DNA of 32,000 nucleotides from Pseudomonas aeruginosa (GTDB lineage Bacteria; Pseudomonadota; Gammaproteobacteria; Pseudomonadales; Pseudomonadaceae): NCBI RefSeq assembly GCF_001457615.1, contig NZ_LN831024.1, positions 840,001 to 872,000 of the forward strand, read 5' to 3'. Shown piece by piece: positions 23,958 to 32,000 of this stretch (position 1 is its first letter; each line of letters starts with the position of its first letter). The notes under the pieces were generated by a model. It saw only the letters and a program-made list of their open reading frames with translations, ran no database searches and was not told where the DNA came from. The position numbers and the translations under genes were made by a program.

Positions 23958-25166
23958 GTGCCTGCGAGTGCATCGAGGATTCAGGTCGGAAGCGGCGAAC
24001 GACGCCTGTTGCTGCTGTTGTCGGCGCTGGTGGCATTCGGCCCGCTGTCGATCGACATGTACCTGCCGAGCCTGCCGGCGATCGCCGCCGATCTCGGCGC
24101 CAGCGATGCCCAGGTGCAGCGGAGCATCAGCGGCTTCCTGGTCGGCTTCTGCGTCGGCATGCTGTTCTACGGCCCCTTGTCCGACCGTTTCGGCCGGCGC
24201 CCGGTGCTGCTGGCCGGTATCGCCTTGTACCTGTTCAGCAGCCTGGCCTGCGCGCTGGCCGACAGCGCGGGGCAACTGGTCCTGCTGAGGGTGCTCCAGG
24301 CCCTCGGCGGCGGCGCCGCGTCGGTGCTGGCGCGGGCCATGGTGCGCGACCTCTATCCGTTGGGCGAGGCCGCCCGGATGCTGGCATTGATGCACATGGT
24401 GACCATGCTGGCACCGCTGGCCGCGCCGCTGCTCGGCGGCTACCTGATGCTCTGGGCCGGCTGGCGCGCGTTGTTCGTGGTCCTGGCGCTGTTCGCCGGG
24501 CTCTGCCTGCTGGCGGTCTGGCGGGTCGCCGAAAGCCACCCGCCGGAGCGCCGCGGCGGCAGCCTGGCCCAGGCCTTTCTCGCCTATGGGCGGCTGCTCG
24601 GCGACCGTCGCGCGCTGGGCTACGTGCTGTGCATGGGGCTGGCGTTCGCCGGGATGTTCGCCTACATCAGCGCCGCGCCCTTCGTGTTCATCGAGCATTT
24701 CGGCGTGCGCGCGGAGCGCTTCGGCTGGTTCTTCGGCCTGAACATCCTCGGTGTGATGCTCGCCACCTGGTGCAGCGCGCGCCTGGTGCGCCGCCACGGT
24801 CCGCGGCCGCTGCTGCGGGCCGGCAGCCTGCTGGCCTGCGTGTCCGGGCTGTTCCTCCTCGGCTATGCGGCGCTCGGCGAGCGGGGCGGGTTGTGGGCGC
24901 TGGTGCCCGGGCTGCTGTGCTTCGTCAGCGTCACCGGCCTGCTCGGCGCCAACTGCATCGCCAGCCTGCTGGCGTTGTATCCCGGACAGGCCGGGGCGGC
25001 TTCGGCGGTGGCGGTGTCCGGGCAGTTCGGCCTCGGCTGCCTGGCCAGCCTGGCGGTCGGCTGGCTGGCGTTGCCCGGCGTGCTGCCGATGGCGCTGGTG
25101 ATGGCCGTCTGCGGCGTCGGCAGCCTGCTCGCGCTGGGCTTGGCCCTGCACGGCGGAAACCGTTGA
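23958..25166 (+). CDS. MFS transporter, Bcr/CflA (DHA1) drug-resistance subfamily
   Basis: Track ORF 23874..25166. The GTG at 23958 is preferred, with GAGGAG 7 nt upstream, giving 402 aa. The Bcr/CflA N-terminal signature LVAFGPLSIDMYLPSLPAIA is present, and the protein has 12 predicted hydrophobic segments. The start is uncertain. Confidence 0.85.
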   Translation: MPASASRIQVGSGERRLLLLLSALVAFGPLSIDMYLPSLPAIAADLGASDAQVQRSISGFLVGFCVGMLFYGPLSDRFGRRPVLLAGIALYLFSSLACALADSAGQLVLLRVLQALGGGAASVLARAMVRDLYPLGEAARMLALMHMVTMLAPLAAPLLGGYLMLWAGWRALFVVLALFAGLCLLAVWRVAESHPPERRGGSLAQAFLAYGRLLGDRRALGYVLCMGLAFAGMFAYISAAPFVFIEHFGVRAERFGWFFGLNILGVMLATWCSARLVRRHGPRPLLRAGSLLACVSGLFLLGYAALGERGGLWALVPGLLCFVSVTGLLGANCIASLLALYPGQAGAASAVAVSGQFGLGCLASLAVGWLALPGVLPMALVMAVCGVGSLLALGLALHGGNR

Positions 25167-25251
25167 TTTCCTTCTGCATACCCGCATGCAGCCTGTGTTT
25201 TTTCCGCTACTCTTCTGCACTTTCGAAACCAGTCATCCAAGCTCGGACCCT

Positions 25252-25674
25252 ATGTCAACGCCAAGACCCTCCCTGACCCTGACCCTGTTGCAGGCTCGCG
25301 AAGCCGCGATGAGTTTCTTCCGCCCCTCCCTCAACCAGCACGGTCTCACCGAGCAGCAGTGGCGGGTGATCCGCATCCTGCGCCAGCAGGGCGAGATGGA
25401 GAGCTACCAGTTGGCCAACCAGGCCTGCATCCTGCGCCCGAGCATGACCGGCGTGCTGGCGCGCCTGGAGCGCGACGGCATCGTCCGGCGCTGGAAGGCG
25501 CCCAAGGACCAGCGGCGGGTCTACGTGAACCTGACGGAAAAGGGCCAGCAGTGCTTCGTCTCCATGAGCGGCGACATGGAGAAGAACTACCAGCGCATCC
25601 AGGAGCGGTTCGGCGAGGAAAAGCTCGCGCAGTTGCTGGAACTGCTCAACGAGCTGAAGAAGATAAAGCCCTGA
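25252..25674 (+). CDS. MarR-family regulator, HpaR-like
   Basis: Track ORF 25186..25674 trimmed to the ATG at 25252, giving 140 aa. SLTLTLLQAREAAMSFFRPSLNQHGLTEQQWRVIRIL closely parallels E. coli HpaR (SLTIALLQAREAAMSYFRP...LTEQQWRIVRIL, from memory). Confidence 0.88.
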   Translation: MSTPRPSLTLTLLQAREAAMSFFRPSLNQHGLTEQQWRVIRILRQQGEMESYQLANQACILRPSMTGVLARLERDGIVRRWKAPKDQRRVYVNLTEKGQQCFVSMSGDMEKNYQRIQERFGEEKLAQLLELLNELKKIKP

Positions 25675-25680
25675 AGCGAC

Positions 25681-25701
25681 TGGCCGGCGTCATGCCGGCC
25701 A
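25681..25701. terminator. Hairpin terminator shared by convergent MarR and ccoQ4-like genes
   Basis: TGGCCGGC-gtcat-GCCGGCCA forms an 8-bp stem starting 7 nt after the MarR stop, followed by ATTCTTGT. The right arm overlaps the last codons of the minus-strand small gene. Confidence 0.55.
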
Positions 25702-25932
25702 ATTCTTGTCCCAGTGCCGGCAGTCGCCCTGGCAGCGACCGGGACAGCCGCAGCCGGTGCGGCTCCTGCCGGTTTCCCGCTCGACCCGGCGGGCCACCTC
25801 CTCGTCGTCGGCGAACGGCAGCATGCTCGCCTGGTCCAGGGTCTTGGCGTGGCGCAGGCTCCAATGCACGCCGAAGAACAGCACGGCGACCGCCAGCAGC
25901 TCCAGCAGGATCTCGCTCCAGCTGAATTCCAT
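25690..25932 (-). CDS. ccoQ4: Small single-TM protein with Cys-rich C-terminus, downstream partner of orphan ccoN (CcoQ4-like)
   Basis: The ATG at 25932 has GAGGAGA upstream and gives 80 aa: MEFSWSEILLELLAVAVLFFGVHWSL (TM) ... CGCPGRCQGDCRHWDKNWPA. It lies 83 nt downstream of ccoN4 on the same strand. The symbol comes from the remembered PA4133/PA4134 = ccoN4Q4 assignment. Confidence 0.7.
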   Translation of the reverse strand: MEFSWSEILLELLAVAVLFFGVHWSLRHAKTLDQASMLPFADDEEVARRVERETGRSRTGCGCPGRCQGDCRHWDKNWPA

Positions 25933-26015
25933 GATGATTCTCCTCGTCGGCTGTCGAGCCTTGCCCGCAGCGTGGCGGGCGAGGCTCGGGAAGGGAAGGG
26001 ACGCGCTGTCGCGGC

Positions 26016-27443
<1,428 letters not shown>

Positions 27444-27706
27444 CTGTACAGTCCCGAAAGAAATGAACAGCCGGCGACCGCCGTCGAGGGGGGAGACGGG
27501 GCGCCGGCCGGAGCCTGCAATCTAAGGGCTGGGGCGGGGGTAAAACAGCTTCAGGTCGATATGGAATTTGGGTATCAGATGGGGCGGGGGAAGGCGTTCG
27601 TGCAGGGCGGCGGCGCATACCGGGATGGGGGACGCGAGCCGATCATGGCGGATGACCGCGCGCGGTTATCCGCCCTACGCCGGGGTGGCTTTCCGTCTGC
27701 GGGGCG

Positions 27707-29122
27707 TCATCCCGCCAGCGACTGGGCGATCCGCCCGAGTGTCTCCATCGCCTTCTCCTGCCGCGCGCTCCACGGGTGCCCGTAGTTGAGCCGGGCGCAA
27801 TGGGCGAAGCGGCGGGTGGCGGAGAAGATCGGCCCCGGGGCGAGGCTGATGCCCTGGGCCAGGGCCAGTTGGAACAGGCGCAGCGAGTCGACCGCCTCGG
27901 GCAACTCCAGCCAGAGGAAGTAGCCGCCGCTGGGACGGCTGACCCGGGTCTGCTCGGGGAAGTAACGCGCCACCGCCGCGAGCATGGCGTTCTGCTGGGT
28001 CTCCAGGGCGTAGCGCAGCTTGCGCAGGTGGCGGTCGTAGCCGCCGTGCTGGAGATAGTCGGCGATGGCCGCCTGGGCCGGGATCGACGCCGACAGGCTG
28101 GTCATCAGCTTCAGTCGCTCGATCTGCTCGGCGTAGCGTCCGCCGGCCACCCAGCCGACCCGGTAGCCCGGCGCCAGGCTCTTGGAGAAGGAACTGCAGT
28201 GCATCACCAGGCCTTCCTGGTCGTAGGCCTTGACCGGTTTCGGCGCCTGCTGGCCGAAGTACAGCTCGGCGTAGACGTCATCCTCGATCATCGGCACCTG
28301 GTGGCGCGCCAGCAGCTCGGCGAGGGCGCGTTTCTTCTCGTCGTCCATGCTCGCGCCCATCGGGTTCTGGAAGTTGCTCATGAACCAGCAGGCCTTGATC
28401 GGCAGGCGCTCCAGGCTGTCGGCGAGCACTTCCAGGTCGATGCCTTCGCGCGGATGCACGGGGATTTCCACCGCCTTCAGCTTCAACCGTTCCAGCACCT
28501 GCAGGGTGGCGTAGAACGCCGGCGCCTCGATGGCCACCAGGTCGCCGGGACGGGTGACCACCTGCAGGCAGAGGTTGAGTGCCTCCAGCGCGCCGTTGCT
28601 GATGACCAGTTCTTCCACCGGCAGCAGCAGGCCGCCGACCATGTAGCGCAGGGCGATCTGCCGGCGCAGGCCATGGTTGCCCGGCGTCATGTCGGCGACC
28701 ACCGACTGCGGGTCCATGTCGCGCACCGCGTGGGCCATCGAGCGCGCCAGGCGCGGCAGGGGAAACAGTTGCGGGCTGGGGAACGCCGAGCCGAAGGGCA
28801 CGGTGTCCGGGTCCTTGATCGAACTGAGTACGGAGAACACCAGCTCGCTGACGTCGACCTCGGTGGCGTCGGCCTGGCGCGGGCTGATCTCCGGTTCCGG
28901 CAGCGGCCGCTGCACGTGCTGGCAGACGAAGTAGCCGGAGCGTGCGCGGGCCATGATCAGCCCACGGCTTTCCAGCAGGTAGTAGGCCTGGAACACGGTG
29001 GAAGCGCTGACCCCGTAGGTACGACTGGCGTGCCGTACCGAGGGCACCTTCTGCCCGGGGGCGAGGACGCCGGTGCGGATCAGCTCGGCAATCTCGTCGG
29101 CGAATTTCTCGTAGCGCTTCAT
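27707..29122 (-). CDS. mpaR: MocR-subfamily GntR regulator (wHTH + PLP-dependent aminotransferase-like domain)
   Basis: Track ORF 27707..29209. The ATG at 29122 (MKRYEKFADEIAELIRTGVLAPGQKVPSVRHASRTYGVSASTV) gives 471 aa. It has a GntR wHTH and a C-terminal fold-type I domain with the PLP-lysine context SFSKSLAPGYRVGW. The ATG at 29209 is an alternative start. The symbol is from memory (PA4132). Confidence 0.85.
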   Translation of the reverse strand: MKRYEKFADEIAELIRTGVLAPGQKVPSVRHASRTYGVSASTVFQAYYLLESRGLIMARARSGYFVCQHVQRPLPEPEISPRQADATEVDVSELVFSVLSSIKDPDTVPFGSAFPSPQLFPLPRLARSMAHAVRDMDPQSVVADMTPGNHGLRRQIALRYMVGGLLLPVEELVISNGALEALNLCLQVVTRPGDLVAIEAPAFYATLQVLERLKLKAVEIPVHPREGIDLEVLADSLERLPIKACWFMSNFQNPMGASMDDEKKRALAELLARHQVPMIEDDVYAELYFGQQAPKPVKAYDQEGLVMHCSSFSKSLAPGYRVGWVAGGRYAEQIERLKLMTSLSASIPAQAAIADYLQHGGYDRHLRKLRYALETQQNAMLAAVARYFPEQTRVSRPSGGYFLWLELPEAVDSLRLFQLALAQGISLAPGPIFSATRRFAHCARLNYGHPWSARQEKAMETLGRIAQSLAG

Positions 29123-29219
29123 CTTGTCCTGGCCGCTGTCCTGGCTGGCCGTGGGCACGGCCGCTGGCGCCCACTCTATGCGCGCCGGGACCGTGTTGTC
29201 ATGCCTCATCGCGGCCTCC

Positions 29220-30650
29220 TCAGCGCGCCGGCGAAACGAAGGTGCTGGTGCTGCCGACCGCCAGGCTCGGGTCGTCGATGCCGCGCAGGCTGAACGCCAG
29301 CGGTTGCGAGCCGGCCCTGGCGCGTTCGGCGGTAGAGGCCACCGACACCGGGAAGTCGAGGATCTCGCCGGGCTTCAGGCTCAGGGTGTGCTCGCCCTGC
29401 AGGCGGAACTCCGGCGCGTCGTCGAGTTGCAGGCGATAGCGCTGCGGCTGCTGGGTCTTGTTGATGACCTTGAGGGTGTAGATGTTCTCGATCTGCCCGG
29501 CGGCGTTCTCGCGGAACAGCCCACGGTCGCGGGTCACGTCCAGCGAGGCCAGCGGGCGGGCATCCAGGGCGACGACGAAGGCGCCGATCATCGCCAGCAT
29601 CACCGCCGCGTAGCCGACCAGGCGTGGACGCAGGAAGCGGGTCTGGCCACCTTCCAGGGCGCGTTCCGAGGTGTAGCGCACCAGGCCGCGTTCATAGCCC
29701 ATCTTGTCCATGATCGAGTCGCAGGCGTCGACGCAGGCGGCGCAGCCGATGCAGGCGATCTGCAGGCCGTCGCGGATGTCGATGCCGGTGGGGCAGACCT
29801 GCACGCACTGCTGGCAGTCGATGCAGTCGCCGAGCCCCTGGGCGCGCGGATCGCTGCCTTTCTTGCGGGCGCCGCGGGACTCGCCGCGGGCGGCATCGTA
29901 GGACACGATCAGGGTGTCCTTGTCGAACATCACGCTCTGGAAGCGCGAGTAGGGGCACATGTGGATGCACACCTGCTCGCGCAGCCAGCCGGCGTTGACA
30001 TAGGTGGCGGCGGTGAAGAACAGCACCCAGAACAGGCTTTCCAGGTCCAGCTGGAAGCTGAACAGGTCGGCCACCAGCGGCCGCACCGGAGTGAAGTAGC
30101 CGATGAAGGTGATCGCCGTGACCAGGCTCACACCCAGCCACAGCGCGTGCTTGGCCGTTTTGCGCAAGAGCTTGGCGGCGCTCGCCGGACCCTGGTCGAG
30201 CTTGATCCGCGCATTGCGGTCGCCCTCGGTGACCTTCTCGCACCACATGAACACCCAGGTCCACACGCTCTGCGGGCAGGTATAGCCGCACCAGACGCGG
30301 CCGGCGAACACGGTGATGAAGAACAGGCCGAAGGCGGCGATGATCAGCAGCGCCGAGAGCAGGATGAAGTCCTGCGGCCAGAAGGTCGCGCCGAAAATGT
30401 AGAACTTGCGTTCGGGCAGGTCCCAGAGCACCGCCTGGCGGCCGTTCCAGTTCAGCCACAGGGTGCCGAAGAACAGCAGGAACAGCAGGCCGCCGCCGAG
30501 GCGGCGGAAGTTGCGGAACAGACCGGTGAAGCTGCGGGTGTAGATCGGGCCGTTCACCGCCGACGGCAGCTTGCCGGGCGCGGGCGGCTGTTTCGACGGA
30601 GCGGCCGGTGCGGCGGGCTCGACCTGGATCGCGGGAATTCTTTCGCTCAT
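29220..30650 (-). CDS. CcoG/FixG/RdxA-family membrane 4Fe-4S protein (CcoG paralog)
   Basis: The ATG at 30650 (MSERIPAIQVEP...) gives 476 aa. It has the motifs CGYTCPQ and CIHMCPYSRFQ, two ferredoxin motifs (CIDCQQCVQVCP and CIGCAACVDAC) and a C-terminal Ig-like region. The ATG at 30665 is an alternative start. No strong SD precedes either start. Confidence 0.86.
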   Translation of the reverse strand: MSERIPAIQVEPAAPAAPSKQPPAPGKLPSAVNGPIYTRSFTGLFRNFRRLGGGLLFLLFFGTLWLNWNGRQAVLWDLPERKFYIFGATFWPQDFILLSALLIIAAFGLFFITVFAGRVWCGYTCPQSVWTWVFMWCEKVTEGDRNARIKLDQGPASAAKLLRKTAKHALWLGVSLVTAITFIGYFTPVRPLVADLFSFQLDLESLFWVLFFTAATYVNAGWLREQVCIHMCPYSRFQSVMFDKDTLIVSYDAARGESRGARKKGSDPRAQGLGDCIDCQQCVQVCPTGIDIRDGLQIACIGCAACVDACDSIMDKMGYERGLVRYTSERALEGGQTRFLRPRLVGYAAVMLAMIGAFVVALDARPLASLDVTRDRGLFRENAAGQIENIYTLKVINKTQQPQRYRLQLDDAPEFRLQGEHTLSLKPGEILDFPVSVASTAERARAGSQPLAFSLRGIDDPSLAVGSTSTFVSPAR

Positions 30651-30707
30651 TTTTCGTAGGCCCATCAGGCTGGAGAGGCGGTTGCGACTATAGGAACCGG
30701 CTGATGG

Positions 30708-30724
30708 GCGAAACAGCGGCAGAT
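30708..30724. repeat. Left arm of a perfect 17-bp inverted repeat (GCGAAACAGCGGCAGAT)
   Basis: It is the exact reverse complement of 30888-30904. It lies in the divergent intergenic region between the CcoG-like and sulfite/nitrite reductase genes. Confidence 0.8.
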
Positions 30725-30887
30725 CGAGCGGGAAAAACCGTATCAGATGCCTCCGGAAAGCAGCGGCCCAGCATTGCCGCGGGTTGCCGGGCGACCTCGG
30801 GCAGTACAGATATGCGCCCCGTGGCAACCGGTCGCAGGCGGCACGAATTCGCCGCCGTCGGCCATCTGATGTGTTTTTTTCGGCGGA

Positions 30888-30904
30888 ATCTGCCGCTGTT
30901 TCGC
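30888..30904. repeat. Right arm of the perfect 17-bp inverted repeat (ATCTGCCGCTGTTTCGC)
   Basis: It is the exact reverse complement of 30708-30724. A nested 8-bp inverted repeat, ATCAGATG (30742-49) / CATCTGAT (30863-70), sits exactly 17 nt inside each arm. Confidence 0.8.
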
Positions 30905-31046
30905 TGTCTGTACGCGGGCGATAGTGGGTGCCAGTGAACACCGGCCCATCCTGTCGCCAGAAACAGGGGCGCAGCCGGTCCCCGGTTTCTTCGCCACGCA
31001 CCCTGCCCGTCATCGGTGGAGAAACCCTGTCGATGAGGGCTTTGCG

Positions 31047-32000
31047 ATGTACCAGTACGACGAATACGACCAGGCGCTGGTGAGCGAGCGGGTGGCGCAG
31101 TTCCGCGACCAGATCGCCCGCCGCCTCGACGGCGAACTGAGCGAGGAGGAGTTCCTCCCGCTGCGCCTGCAGAACGGCCTGTACCTGCAGAAGCACGCCT
31201 ACATGCTGCGCGTGGCGATTCCCTACGGCACCCTCTCGTCGCCGCAACTGCGCGCCTTGGCGCACGTCGCCCGGCACTACGACCGCGGCTACGGGCACTT
31301 CACCACGCGGCAGAACATCCAGTTCAACTGGATCGAACTGGAGCAGGTCGGCGATATCCTCGAACACCTCGCCGGCGCGCAGATGCATGCGATCCAGACC
31401 TCCGGCAACTGCGTGCGCAACATCACCACCGAAGCCTTCGCCGGGGTCGCCGCGGACGAATGGACCGACCCCCGGCCGCTGGCCGAGATCCTGCGCCAGT
31501 GGTCGACGGTGAACCCGGAGTTCCTGTTCCTCCCGCGCAAGTTCAAGATCGCCCTCAGTTCGGCGGTGGAAGACCGCGCCGCGGTGCAGATGCACGACAT
31601 CGGCCTGTACCTTTACCGCCACCCCGACGCCGGCGAGTTGCGCCTGCGGGTCCTGGTCGGCGGCGGCCTGGGACGCACGCCGATGCTCGGCCAGGTGATC
31701 CGCGACGACCTGCCCTGGCAGCACCTGTTGTCCTACGTCGAGGCGATCCTGCGGGTCTACAACCGCTACGGCCGGCGCGACAACAAGTACAAGGCGCGGA
31801 TCAAGATCCTGGTCAAGGCGCTGGGCATCGAGGCTTTCGCCCGCGAGGTGGAGGAAGAGTGGCAGCACCTGCGCGACGGCCCGGCGCAACTGACTGCCGA
31901 GGAGTGCCAGCGGGTCGCCGAGCGCTTCGTATTGCCGCGCTACCTGCCGCCGGCCGGCGGCGAGCTGGCCTACGGCAGCGCCCGTGCGGCCGATCCGGCC
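31047..32000 (+). CDS. Sulfite/nitrite reductase hemoprotein (CysI/NirA-like), 3'-truncated by the window edge
   Basis: It is absent from the ORF track because there is no stop in the window. My translation from the ATG at 31047 (GAGGG 6 nt upstream) is open for 318 codons to nt 32000: MYQYDEYDQALVSERVAQFRDQIARRLDGELSEEEFLPLRLQNGLYLQKHAYMLRVAIPYG...GHFTTRQNIQFNWI...IQTSGNCVRNIT...PRKFKIA. These are characteristic NIR_SIR ferredoxin-like half-domain motifs. Confidence 0.88.
   Translation, partial: MYQYDEYDQALVSERVAQFRDQIARRLDGELSEEEFLPLRLQNGLYLQKHAYMLRVAIPYGTLSSPQLRALAHVARHYDRGYGHFTTRQNIQFNWIELEQVGDILEHLAGAQMHAIQTSGNCVRNITTEAFAGVAADEWTDPRPLAEILRQWSTVNPEFLFLPRKFKIALSSAVEDRAAVQMHDIGLYLYRHPDAGELRLRVLVGGGLGRTPMLGQVIRDDLPWQHLLSYVEAILRVYNRYGRRDNKYKARIKILVKALGIEAFAREVEEEWQHLRDGPAQLTAEECQRVAERFVLPRYLPPAGGELAYGSARAADPA

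Noticed and set aside
27488-27540. Clustered G-tracts (GGGGGG, GGGG, GGG, GGGG, GGGGG) as a potential G-quadruplex upstream of ccoN4
   Set aside because: The tracts are unevenly spaced, with a long (~25 nt) loop needed for a four-tract fold. G-runs are common in this GC-rich genome. I reported the exact decamer repeat instead.

Overview
High-GC (~65%) chromosomal sequence. From memory, the gene content and order match Pseudomonas aeruginosa, roughly PAO1 loci PA4155 down to PA4130, read in reverse numbering. I have not verified this by search. Left to right, the window holds these genes. (1) A 5'-truncated luciferase-like monooxygenase and an SH3-domain envelope protein. (2) The minus-strand acetoin/2,3-butanediol catabolic operon (SDR, acoX, acoA, acoB, acoC, butanediol dehydrogenase), with a sigma54 promoter and the divergent activator acoR. 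(3) A LysE-family exporter and a LysR regulator. (4) A minus-strand CvaA/CvaB/TolC-type double-glycine peptide export locus. It carries two unrelated 99-aa candidate cargo peptides that flank a Tat-signal FAD oxidase, and is bordered by AT-rich (~40-47% GC) non-coding DNA. (5) tyrS, preceded by a short Tyr-codon-rich leader ORF with attenuator-like alternative helices. (6) An OprD-family porin, an MFS transporter and an HpaR-like MarR regulator. (7) The orphan cbb3 oxidase genes ccoN4/ccoQ4, a MocR/GntR regulator, a CcoG-like Fe-S protein, and a divergent 3'-truncated sulfite/nitrite reductase that is missing from the ORF track. I saw no rRNA, tRNA, CRISPR array, transposase or integrase. The most interesting signal is the microcin-like locus at 12.5-20.3 kb: two cargo peptides, an embedded oxidase and no visible immunity gene. 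Next are the putative tyrosine-sensing leader of tyrS and a nested inverted-repeat architecture in the 30.65-31.05 kb divergent control region. Most long ORFs in the track lie antisense to these genes and are high-GC shadow ORFs.
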